Source: Gemmatimonadota bacterium (GTDB lineage Bacteria; Gemmatimonadota; Gemmatimonadetes; Gemmatimonadales; GWC2-71-9). Taken from it: a stretch of 35,766 nucleotides of DNA. This document shows, piece by piece, positions 9,786 through 17,263 of the stretch; within the stretch, counting starts at the first letter, position 1; every line of letters starts with the position of its first letter. The translations under genes were made by a program, and so were the position numbers. The notes beneath the pieces were generated by a model. It had not been told where the DNA came from. It did not search any database and saw only the letters and a program-made list of their open reading frames with translations. The DNA lies in NCBI GenBank assembly GCA_036679565.1, contig JAZDDC010000124.1, positions 1 through 35,766 on the forward strand. The letters run 5' to 3'.

Positions 9786-10684
9786 GCCCTTCGAAAGACT
9801 CGCATTTTGGCAGAGCGTGCGCGAGGGTTAGCGGCCAACTCATCCGACCCTGGCGTGACCGGTGACTTTGTCACCACCGTACCCAGCGCCTTGCCTCGAC
9901 AGACGCAAACGCGGTGGGTGGGTGGACACACACACGACCGAGCCCAATCGCGGAATGCGTGTTTGACGATACGATCCTCACCGGAATGGTAGGTCAATAC
10001 GGCAAGCGAGCCCTCCGGTGTGAGCGCATCCCTCATTCGTGGCAGTCCGTCCTTTAACTGCTGCAACTCATCGTTTACCGCGATTCGCAACGCCTGAAAA
10101 AGCCGCGCGAAATCAGAAGGGCCGGCTCGCGACCCCAACACCGCCCTAATCGTGTTGACCAAGTCATCACTTATGACAAACATTTGCGTGGCACGACGGC
10201 GGCTAACCTCTGACGCCAGACGTCGCGAACGACGTTCGTCGCCATATTGATAAAAGATATCAGCTAGCTCCCCCTCCTCTGCTTCATTCAGAATATCCGC
10301 GGCCGTGGCACCAACACCGTCCATGCGCATATCGAGTGGGGCGCCGGAGCGAAACGTGAACCCACGGTCGATTTCGTCGATTTGCTGCGAGGAAATACCG
10401 AGATCCAAAAATACGAGATCCGGGTGGAATCCATCGATGATGGCTAATGCCTGCTCGGATCCGAAGGACAGGAAATGTAGGGCAACGATCTCACCAAACC
10501 GCGCCGTCAGGTCCTCACGGACATGTGGGTCACGATCGAAGGCCACCACCTGAGCGCCCGCATCGACAAATACCTGCAGATGCCCACCACCACCCGCCGT
10601 CCCATCGACGATGCGGGAGCGGTCACGGGCGAGGTCCGCCACTTGGACGAGCATTACGGGGGTATGTCGAACAGCCAAGGTCAC
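9782..10684 (-). CDS. rsmH: 16S rRNA (cytosine1402-N4)-methyltransferase RsmH (MraW)
   Basis: 300 aa. N-terminus HTPVML, SAM-binding DGTAGGGGH, and the HSGEDRIVK motif. It is the first gene of the dcw cluster here. GTG start at 10684. Confidence 0.93.
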   Translation of the reverse strand: MTLAVRHTPVMLVQVADLARDRSRIVDGTAGGGGHLQVFVDAGAQVVAFDRDPHVREDLTARFGEIVALHFLSFGSEQALAIIDGFHPDLVFLDLGISSQQIDEIDRGFTFRSGAPLDMRMDGVGATAADILNEAEEGELADIFYQYGDERRSRRLASEVSRRRATQMFVISDDLVNTIRAVLGSRAGPSDFARLFQALRIAVNDELQQLKDGLPRMRDALTPEGSLAVLTYHSGEDRIVKHAFRDWARSCVCPPTHRVCVCRGKALGTVVTKSPVTPGSDELAANPRARSAKMRVFRRA

Positions 10685-10695
10685 GATAGATAAAC

Positions 10696-10730
10696 ATAAC
10701 GCCCCGCTTGAAAATCAAGCGGGGCGTTAT
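10696..10730 (-). terminator. Perfect 15-bp GC-rich hairpin with a 5-nt loop; likely intrinsic terminator downstream of tRNA-Asp
   Basis: ATAACGCCCCGCTTG-AAAAT-CAAGCGGGGCGTTAT. On the minus strand it is followed by GTTTATCTAT, an imperfect T-tract. It lies 11 nt after tRNA-Asp and 11 nt before the rsmH start. Confidence 0.6.
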
Positions 10731-10741
10731 GGAGCCCTAGA

Positions 10742-10816
10742 CGGGGCTGACGGGACTTGAACCCGCGGCCTCCGGTGTGACAGACCGGCACTCTAACCAA
10801 ACTGAGCTACAGCCCC
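10742..10816 (-). tRNA. tRNA-Asp (anticodon GTC)
   Basis: The reverse complement GGGGCTGTAGCTCAGTTTGGTTAGAGTGCCGGTCTGTCACACCGGAGGCCGCGGGTTCAAGTCCCGTCAGCCCCG folds as a cloverleaf: 7-bp acceptor stem, D arm GCTC/GAGT, anticodon stem CCGGT/ACCGG with loop CTGTCAC, and T loop TTCAAGT. CCA is not encoded. Confidence 0.93.
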
Positions 10817-10872
10817 TTGCGTAGCCGCGAATTATACCGCCGGGGCTACTCGCGGATCAAGGACCAGTCTTC

Positions 10873-12633
10873 CTAGTTCGCGCAGGACAACTGTTGGCGG
10901 AACTGGGGAATCACCTGCTCGTACGCAGGATACTGCGTTCCAAGAAATTGCTCCGCAGTGACCTCGGATAACCCGCGACCAGCTTCCATGGCCGCTCTAC
11001 CGCGAGCCACATGACGCTCGTACATCGAAACCGCCTCACAACTGTTGGCTTCCTGCACCTCGGTAAACAGGTCTGAGAGATAGAAAATCGTGACAAAGCC
11101 GAGGAAGAATTGGGCCCGTTGGCGAGTGGCCTGTCGCACTGGATATTCCAAGCCCTTTGACAACCAATCTGCCGCCCACCTCGGGTTGCCGTTGGCCTGC
11201 AACTGCGCCATTCGCAAACCTGGGGTCACGTATAGACCGCCAACGCTGGCCGAGACACGCTCGTTGGACGACCTGCCTGCCACGGCGGTCAGGATTGAGT
11301 CGATCTCCATCGTTAGCACGGTATCGAGCGGTATTGTAGAATCAATGACTAGCTCGCCGACCAACACCTGTGCAACGGAGAGCGATGCTTGCGTGTTTTC
11401 GGGTTCTAAATCGAGAATGCGGCGGTTTATTGTCATCGCCGAATCGCTCAACCCAACACCGACCAACTGCACCGCGTGTGCGGTCAGATAGGAAACACGG
11501 TCGGAGAATTGCAAAACTGCGATGCCCGTCCATTTCAGCGAGCCCGTCGTGTCTCCAGCAAAATCAGCCGCACCAATCACACCTGCCAAAAACGTAGTAT
11601 CACTCGCCAAGTCCGGCTTGATCTCGTACCGGCGTTCGTACGCTTCAAACACACAGTCGAACCGGTTGTCCTCAACACATATCCCGGTTTTGACCAACAT
11701 GAGCCTGTCTTCCGCCTCACCGTCCAACAGGCCCTGCGCCTCGTCCAGCAAGACAATGGCGCTATCGACAAGGTTTGACTCAGCATACATCCGCGCAACC
11801 GTCTCTCGCTGTTCAACGTCGGTGGGATTCGCGTTCAGCTGGGCATGGAAGGTCCGGATTGCGCCTAACGTGTCACCCTTGGCAAGAAAAAGCTGGCTGG
11901 TACGTCTGGAACAACGATCATTCTGCGGGTCCCCGGCCGTACACTTTTGGTACGCCCAGATCAGACTGTCCTCAGGTTGCTGTGTGGCCTCGAAGACATA
12001 CGCCAGGCAAAGCGCCGCCCCCGGGTGATTTGGGTAAAGTGTAAACGCCCGATTGGCCCGCTCGCGGGCACCACGAAAGTCACTGCGGTCGCGCCGGTCA
12101 TTGCACTGCTGAACCTCACGGGCCGCGCGCACCTGACTTCTCAAGGTGTCGGCAACAAAATTCGCGAAATCACTGGCGTCTATCCCCGGCTCGCCAGTGA
12201 GTTCCATGACACCACCAAGACCGGAGCGCCCAAAATCCACCAACCGCATTTTTACCCGCGGGGCCGCGCCACCGTGAAATCGTCCGCTGATGTAGGAATC
12301 CGCAGAGACGAAACGTGCTAGCTGTTCGGTTGACGTTTCATCAAGGATCGTCGCACATCCAAAACCGGATGCCTCCAATGCCTCGCAATAGCGCTCATTG
12401 GTCACCACCCGCATTTGGTTGCGAACACGCCCGGCAAGACGGTCCCGCAACTCGGCGGCAAACTCGATCACAAAGGCTGAATCGGAATCACTCTCCGGCA
12501 ACGGAGGAGCGATGAGTATCTGCTTCAGGTTTTGCTGGTTCCGACGTCGCTGTGCCTCCGCCGCATGGGGCAGCAATGCCACCACAGTAGCCAAGACGAC
12601 AGTTAACTTGAACAACGACATGAACTTACGCAC
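10873..12633 (-). CDS. Secreted hypothetical protein, helical/TPR-like repeats, several Cys
   Basis: Long ORF. I chose the GTG at 12633 because a GGAGG lies 6 nt upstream. This gives MRKFMSLFKLTVVLATVVALLPHAAEAQ, a classical signal peptide with an AEA-Q cleavage site. I recognise no specific family; the helical repeat character is judged by eye. Confidence 0.65.
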   Translation of the reverse strand: MRKFMSLFKLTVVLATVVALLPHAAEAQRRRNQQNLKQILIAPPLPESDSDSAFVIEFAAELRDRLAGRVRNQMRVVTNERYCEALEASGFGCATILDETSTEQLARFVSADSYISGRFHGGAAPRVKMRLVDFGRSGLGGVMELTGEPGIDASDFANFVADTLRSQVRAAREVQQCNDRRDRSDFRGARERANRAFTLYPNHPGAALCLAYVFEATQQPEDSLIWAYQKCTAGDPQNDRCSRRTSQLFLAKGDTLGAIRTFHAQLNANPTDVEQRETVARMYAESNLVDSAIVLLDEAQGLLDGEAEDRLMLVKTGICVEDNRFDCVFEAYERRYEIKPDLASDTTFLAGVIGAADFAGDTTGSLKWTGIAVLQFSDRVSYLTAHAVQLVGVGLSDSAMTINRRILDLEPENTQASLSVAQVLVGELVIDSTIPLDTVLTMEIDSILTAVAGRSSNERVSASVGGLYVTPGLRMAQLQANGNPRWAADWLSKGLEYPVRQATRQRAQFFLGFVTIFYLSDLFTEVQEANSCEAVSMYERHVARGRAAMEAGRGLSEVTAEQFLGTQYPAYEQVIPQFRQQLSCAN

Positions 12634-12709
12634 GATTGAACCTCCAACCTTTAGCTCTTGTGCAGAGCCCAAAGAATGGGATGAGAAGCTACACTATTAA
12701 ATACCCCAA

Positions 12710-12784
12710 TGGGCGAAGAGGGATTCGAACCCCCGACTTCCTGCTTGTAAGGCAGGCGCTCTAAACCAACTGAGCTATTCGCCC
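12710..12784 (-). tRNA. tRNA-Val (anticodon TAC)
   Basis: The reverse complement GGGCGAATAGCTCAGTTGGTTTAGAGCGCCTGCCTTACAAGCAGGAAGTCGGGGGTTCGAATCCCTCTTCGCCCA folds as a cloverleaf: acceptor stem GGGCGAA/TTCGCCC, D arm GCTC/GAGC, anticodon stem CCTGC/GCAGG with loop CTTACAA, and T loop TTCGAAT. Confidence 0.93.
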
Positions 12785-12795
12785 GAGCCGCCACC

Positions 12796-12975
12796 TTACA
12801 ACGCCAAACCCACCGGGAACAGAATACAGTAGCCAAGCACCAGCAGCACTGGTGCCAGACCCGTCGAACCGGCCGCAAGTAGCAAGTATCCGGCGACAAG
12901 GGCTAAGACTGCGCCGCCCAAGAAGGCATAGTTTTTTGGGCCGAACTGTAGGCGGGCCGAGGAGTTTCCGGTCAT
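12796..12975 (-). CDS. Small (59-aa) two-TM membrane protein, DUF3098-like architecture
   Basis: Not in the ORF track (below the 60-aa cutoff). ATG at 12975 and TAA at 12796..12798. It translates MTGNSSARLQFGPKNYAFLGGAVLALVAGYLLLAAGSTGLAPVLLVLGYCILFPVGLAL. The F-x-x-KNY motif followed by two hydrophobic helices resembles the DUF3098 small membrane protein family, from memory and not searched. Confidence 0.5.
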   Translation of the reverse strand: MTGNSSARLQFGPKNYAFLGGAVLALVAGYLLLAAGSTGLAPVLLVLGYCILFPVGLAL

Positions 12976-13009
12976 GGGTGTGAGAGCCTAATCGTCTACG
13001 CCTAGGTCG

Positions 13010-13837
13010 TCAAGAAGTCGCGCCCGGTTCCTTCGGCACGATCCAGCTTTCATCGAGAGCTTCTTTGCGCGCACTGTTCACCTTTCGCCGGCGAAACCAC
13101 ACCAGTACCACCGCGCCACCCACCACACTCCAAAACATGCTAAACGACGTTGCCATGAGCAGCCAGCCATGACGGCTGCGGACATCCTTTCGCCACATCT
13201 CCTCAAACCCCTCCAAGGTGACATGGTATGTCGCACGAAGCGCTCCGTCAAAATCGCCGGTGACGCCGAGTCGGGTCACCAACGGTTCCAATCCGCGGTC
13301 TCCGCCGAGTCGTTCCAACATCAATACGGCGGACGTGGCAAACGCGTAAGCGGCGTTCGCGCGCGCCGCTCCCAGTCGCAATTCCCGGCTAATCCCTTCC
13401 AGGAGAGGGGCCCTACCCCGTACCAACGACCAATTGATTCGTAAGGCATCCAGACGTTTCCACTCTCCTGCAGCCCGACTGGCATACCCCTCGTCAAACC
13501 ATCTCGGTACAAACCGCACGTGACGGCGCAACGCGAGATGCGCCAGTTCGTGCACCAATACTTGATGCATGTCAGGCCCGAAAACGAGAACGATCGTGTT
13601 GGTTGCCGGAAACGCCGCACCGGCACCCCATCCGGGCAACCGGCCGCCTGTGACCGAATCGAAGACATGGGCACTGGGCGCGAGGACGAGCCGAATTCGG
13701 TAGTCCGACGGGTCCGTGAGACCAGGCCATTGATGCTCGGCGTCGGCCATCCGGGCCAGAGCCGCCGCAGGACCGGCATGTTGCGGCCAGTAGACGGCTG
13801 TCACTCGGCCGACTTGAACAGTCTGCGGTCCCTGCAT
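13010..13837 (-). CDS. Putative zinc metallopeptidase (HExxH, peptidase MA-like) with a C-terminal membrane anchor
   Basis: 275 aa. HELAH zinc motif followed by a downstream WFDEGYA glutamate (gluzincin-type third ligand). C-terminal TM helix MATSFSMFWSVVGGAVVLVWF followed by RRRK. It starts 23 nt after the preceding TPR gene. Confidence 0.7.
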   Translation of the reverse strand: MQGPQTVQVGRVTAVYWPQHAGPAAALARMADAEHQWPGLTDPSDYRIRLVLAPSAHVFDSVTGGRLPGWGAGAAFPATNTIVLVFGPDMHQVLVHELAHLALRRHVRFVPRWFDEGYASRAAGEWKRLDALRINWSLVRGRAPLLEGISRELRLGAARANAAYAFATSAVLMLERLGGDRGLEPLVTRLGVTGDFDGALRATYHVTLEGFEEMWRKDVRSRHGWLLMATSFSMFWSVVGGAVVLVWFRRRKVNSARKEALDESWIVPKEPGATS

Positions 13838-13860
13838 GAGGAGGGCGACAAAAAGGGTTG

Positions 13861-14718
13861 TTACGACAGGTCAGGCTCCTGACCATCGGAGATCGATTGG
13901 AGCGTTTCCTTGCATCTTTCTCCCCATGGGCTAAACGCGTTGGCGCTGACACCGCGTTGCCAGGCGTCCTGTGCACCTTCGCGGTTGTTGGAGAGCCATT
14001 TCGCTTTACCCAAGTGGTAAAAGGCCTCGATCATCATGGGTGCGCGTTCAATAGCCTTGTCGAAGAACGTCTCCGCATCTTCGAACATCTCGCGCTCGAA
14101 ATACACCAAACCAAGATAAAAGTGCGCATACAACGTTGCCTTCTGATCGTTGTCGAGTCGGATGGCCTTTGACAAATGTTCGATAGCTTCGCCAAAGATT
14201 CGTTTCTTGAGGCAAATATACCCCACATTCACACGAGCCATCGAGTTGGCCGGTTCCTTCAACAACACTTGTTGAAACGTAGCAAGTGCTTCGTCGTGGT
14301 CACCGTTTTTCATTTGCGCAGAGCCGAGTTGCGTTTCAGCCTTCACGTCTCCGGGTGACAACTCTAGCGCCTTTTTGGTTGCTTGAATCGCGCCTGCGAA
14401 GTCACCGAGGTTCATCAGGTTCCAACCCTTCTCGATGAACGTGGACGCGCCAAGGTGATCGGCGACCATGGGACTGGCAGACGGCGGTTGTGCATCACCA
14501 TCGTCCGTTTCTGCCAATTCCTTGTACTCATCCACCAACACACGGATGTGTTCCTTAAATTCCGTGAGGTCATCAATGCGTTGATCGACGCCCTTGAAAA
14601 GCGCGACGATATCTTGTTTGACTTCCGCGCGCTCGGCACCTTTTGGCTTGGCTTTTAGCCGTCCGGCAATTCGTTTGTATTGACTGCGGAGTTCCGCGAT
14701 TTCCGATTGTTCATTCAT
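13861..14718 (-). CDS. Coiled-coil plus TPR repeat protein (last gene of the Che/MglA locus)
   Basis: I chose the ATG at 14718 (MNEQSEIAELRSQYKRIAGRL...), which overlaps the cheW-like stop by 8 nt. The ORF-track extension to 14913 is Cys/Arg/Pro-rich and overlaps cheW. The N-terminal ~80 aa are charged and helical. The remainder is TPR-like (GDFAGAIQATKKALELSP, HDEALATFQQVLLKEP, FGEAIEHLSKAIRLD, FEDAETFFDKAIERAP). Confidence 0.75.
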   Translation of the reverse strand: MNEQSEIAELRSQYKRIAGRLKAKPKGAERAEVKQDIVALFKGVDQRIDDLTEFKEHIRVLVDEYKELAETDDGDAQPPSASPMVADHLGASTFIEKGWNLMNLGDFAGAIQATKKALELSPGDVKAETQLGSAQMKNGDHDEALATFQQVLLKEPANSMARVNVGYICLKKRIFGEAIEHLSKAIRLDNDQKATLYAHFYLGLVYFEREMFEDAETFFDKAIERAPMMIEAFYHLGKAKWLSNNREGAQDAWQRGVSANAFSPWGERCKETLQSISDGQEPDLS

Positions 14719-15202
14719 CCAAGACTCCGATTTCGACCGAACGCAGGGACAGCAGTTCGGTGGACGCAATGAGTTTCGCAATGGCCAACACAATAATCGG
14801 CGCGGTCTGGTGCGCCACGATACCGGCGACGTAGTCGGCGGCAAGGCCACGCACAACCGGTGGCGGCACAGCGATGGCGTTTGCCGGCACGGTTTGCAAC
14901 GACAACGCGGCATCGACGATCAATCCTACGTTTCCAAAACCGCCGGTTACAACGACGACACGCAAATCGTCTCCCGACTGGGCCGATACGGCAAACCGCT
15001 TGCGGAGATCCAACACGGGGATCATTTCGTCACCGAAGGGCATCATGCCCTCGAAATAATCCGATGATTTGGGAAGGGCGGTGACCGGTTGGTACCGTAC
15101 CACACGCTCGACATCCAAGACGTTGAGTGCAAAAATCTGATCCGCCACCCGGAACGTCACAAGTTGGATCCTGTCAGCACCCGTATCACCCAAGGCGTTC
15201 AT
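14711..15202 (-). CDS. cheW: CheW-like coupling protein
   Basis: 163 aa. QLVTFRVADQIFALNVLDVERVV...ALPKSSDYFEGMMPFGDEMIPVLDLRKRF...VGLIVDA fits the CheW domain consensus. ATGA overlap with the preceding cheW-like gene. Confidence 0.85.
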   Translation of the reverse strand: MNALGDTGADRIQLVTFRVADQIFALNVLDVERVVRYQPVTALPKSSDYFEGMMPFGDEMIPVLDLRKRFAVSAQSGDDLRVVVVTGGFGNVGLIVDAALSLQTVPANAIAVPPPVVRGLAADYVAGIVAHQTAPIIVLAIAKLIASTELLSLRSVEIGVLDE

Positions 15203-15639
15203 GACGCCACCGCTTGCGTATCATCGAGTTGCGCAACGACCGAACGGGTATCGACAACGGGCAGCGCACGTCCTTCGTACGCACCGGCTCCCAGCAGCCA
15301 ACGGCTCCGTGTATCGTTGTGCAACTCGTCAGTAAGGACTATCACCTCCAACACGTCATCCACCTCGAGCGCGACAGGTGTGTTGGCGGATTGAATGACA
15401 ACGACGGTCGTACTGCCGGCGCTTTCGGTTCCATCGGAAGCCACGATACGCGACAACGGGACGACCGCCACCACACCGCGTTCGTAACGCACCACGCCAC
15501 GGACAGACGGGGCAACACCCGGGACCGGTGTGATTACCACGTTGTCAAGCACTTCGATCACGTCGCGCACCGGCAGCCCGTACGGACGACCACCCACCAA
15601 GACGACCAGTACACTCGCACCGCGTAACGTTTGTTGCAT
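15199..15639 (-). CDS. cheW: CheW-like coupling protein (divergent)
   Basis: 146 aa. VLVVLVGGRPYGLPVRDVIEVL....TPVPGVAPSVRGVVRYERGVVAVVPL...VALEVDDVLEV fits the CheW domain pattern. It starts 1 nt after the PATAN-TPR stop. Confidence 0.8.
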   Translation of the reverse strand: MQQTLRGASVLVVLVGGRPYGLPVRDVIEVLDNVVITPVPGVAPSVRGVVRYERGVVAVVPLSRIVASDGTESAGSTTVVVIQSANTPVALEVDDVLEVIVLTDELHNDTRSRWLLGAGAYEGRALPVVDTRSVVAQLDDTQAVAS

Positions 15640-15640
15640 C

Positions 15641-17263
15641 TCAACCTCGTAACGCGTTCATGGTTTCGAGATTCGTTCTGGCAAGCTGATGCTGGGGATT
15701 TCGGCGTAACGTCTGTTCCCACATATATGCTGCCCGATCTTGATCCCGATTCTTATACGCGATATTGCCGAGCTTGAAATACACGTCATCGCCTAACTCC
15801 GGATCGATCTCAACGGCACGTTCGTAGGACTCCCACGCGTCTTCAAAACGCCCGTGGCGATAAAGAATATCGCCCAAATTTTTTGAAAGCTGTGGCAGGA
15901 CCAAACCCTCAGAAATTGCGGCTCGCAACTCATTCTCCGCTTGTTCCAGTTCCCCACGCAGTTCGAGAATCACCGCAAAGTTGTTTCGTAACACGGCACT
16001 GCGCGGATACAGTTTCAGACCTTCGTTTGCGTATTCCTCCGCCGTAACGAGATCATTGCGAGCGGCATGTGACAAACACATGGCCCAATACCAAATCTCA
16101 CTGAGCCGTCTTTCCCCCGCGGCTTCCTTCGCTGACTGCAGTCGGGTCTCAGCGACTTCAAATTTGCGTTGTCGTAACGCGATGGCGCCCCAACCTGTCA
16201 GGAACCGGGGGTCGGTACCACCGTTGGATGCCGCCTCACCGTAGGTCGTTTCCGCCTCATCAAATTTGCCGAGCTGTTCTAAACAAAAGGCGACATTGTA
16301 CTTCACCGCCGATGAGTCACCGCCAAGCGCTAGCACGCGTTGGAAAACTTCGAGCGCGTCATGCCATTCTTGGCGTTGCAGGCTTACCAGTCCGAGGTGA
16401 AAATGGGCTTCGGCGGCTTTGGGATCGAGATCGACGACGCGGCGAAACTCACGGGCGGCTTCATCGAGCATACCGGTTCGGTAAAACGCTACACCAAGAT
16501 TTCGGTGTTCTTCGATCTTCGCGTCCGTGGCCACCGTTTTGGTTGCCGTTTCGCTCACGCGAGAACGATGCACAAACCCAGCGGTAATCAGACCGTAAAG
16601 CGCCTTGCCCACGTCGAATTCACTCAAACCCGCGCGCTCGACAATCGTGGCGACTGAACGATCTCCATCAATCAGTGGGATGATGATCCGCTGAGGTTCA
16701 GTCAGTTCCACATCGGAGTTTTCCAAACGCGACCGATCAAGCGTAAATACCAAATCGAACGACGTTATCTTTTTCTCAATGAGACTCCACTCGTCAATGC
16801 GGCGGGCGCCTTCCAGCAGTAACGTTTCCGGGTTGATCGACAACAGAAAATCCTGTCGTTCCGGCCGGATATCGACTTCAAAATGAAAACTGCCACGTGT
16901 CCACGTGAAGAGGTGATAAATGGCTTCCTCAACCTGAACTCGCATGTAACGTTCCAACTCGTCGGATGAAATGGCGTCCAACTCAACAAGGATCTCACCG
17001 AGCTTCTTATCCCGATCAGAATCTTGTTGCGCGACGGCGTCATCGAGCTGCTCTTTGTTGACCTTGCCGCTGTTGAGCAGGATATCGCCGAGGCGGTCAC
17101 GTCTGTTGACGATGGCGGCGTACGTAATGCGACCTTGGTCAAAGTAGACGTATCCAAGGTTTGTGCGGTCAGTCAACGAAAGGCAACCGGTCTTTTGCCC
17201 CAAGGAAAGAAGTTGAAGCACGTCGGGTAGCGAAGCCTCCTTAAGGCTTCCTTTGATGGCCAT
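15641..17263 (-). CDS. PATAN (DUF4388) domain plus TPR repeat protein
   Basis: 540 aa. The N-terminus GSLKEASLPDVLQLLSLGQKTGCLSL...VYFDQGRITYA matches the PATAN/DUF4388 signature. There is a conserved EGARRIDEWS segment, and the C-terminal half is TPR (e.g. LDEAAREFRRVVDLDP, WHDALEVFQRVLAL, FDEAETTYGEA, FEDAWESYERAVEIDP). Its start shares 1 nt with the upstream stop (TGATG). Confidence 0.85.
   Translation of the reverse strand: MAIKGSLKEASLPDVLQLLSLGQKTGCLSLTDRTNLGYVYFDQGRITYAAIVNRRDRLGDILLNSGKVNKEQLDDAVAQQDSDRDKKLGEILVELDAISSDELERYMRVQVEEAIYHLFTWTRGSFHFEVDIRPERQDFLLSINPETLLLEGARRIDEWSLIEKKITSFDLVFTLDRSRLENSDVELTEPQRIIIPLIDGDRSVATIVERAGLSEFDVGKALYGLITAGFVHRSRVSETATKTVATDAKIEEHRNLGVAFYRTGMLDEAAREFRRVVDLDPKAAEAHFHLGLVSLQRQEWHDALEVFQRVLALGGDSSAVKYNVAFCLEQLGKFDEAETTYGEAASNGGTDPRFLTGWGAIALRQRKFEVAETRLQSAKEAAGERRLSEIWYWAMCLSHAARNDLVTAEEYANEGLKLYPRSAVLRNNFAVILELRGELEQAENELRAAISEGLVLPQLSKNLGDILYRHGRFEDAWESYERAVEIDPELGDDVYFKLGNIAYKNRDQDRAAYMWEQTLRRNPQHQLARTNLETMNALRG

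Noticed and set aside
10817-10872. Short inverted repeats (GTAGCC/GGCTAC and CCGCGA/TCGCGG) between the secreted-protein stop and tRNA-Asp
   Set aside because: The two arm pairs are in swapped order, so they cannot form one continuous stem. The loops are about 17-22 nt and there is no T-tract. This is too weak to call a terminator or a regulatory structure.
10742-12784. Possible genomic island bounded by tRNA-Val and tRNA-Asp
   Set aside because: The interval holds only one ordinary-looking secreted-protein gene. I saw no integrase, no direct repeat of a tRNA 3' end and no obvious compositional break.
12651-12899. 82-aa minus-strand ORF from the track
   Set aside because: It reads straight through tRNA-Val (12710..12784). 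The real small ORF in this area is in a different frame (12796..12975).
14719-14913. N-terminal extensions proposed by the ORF track. This one is on the coiled-coil-TPR gene; similar ones are at 7573..7737 (murE), 19815..19913 (mglA), 22552..22644 (PATAN), 30099..30197 (lspA) and 2377..2454 (ftsW)
   Set aside because: The extensions are Cys/Arg/Pro-rich and overlap the upstream gene substantially. They precede internal starts that align with the conserved protein N-termini and sit 1-8 nt from the upstream stop.
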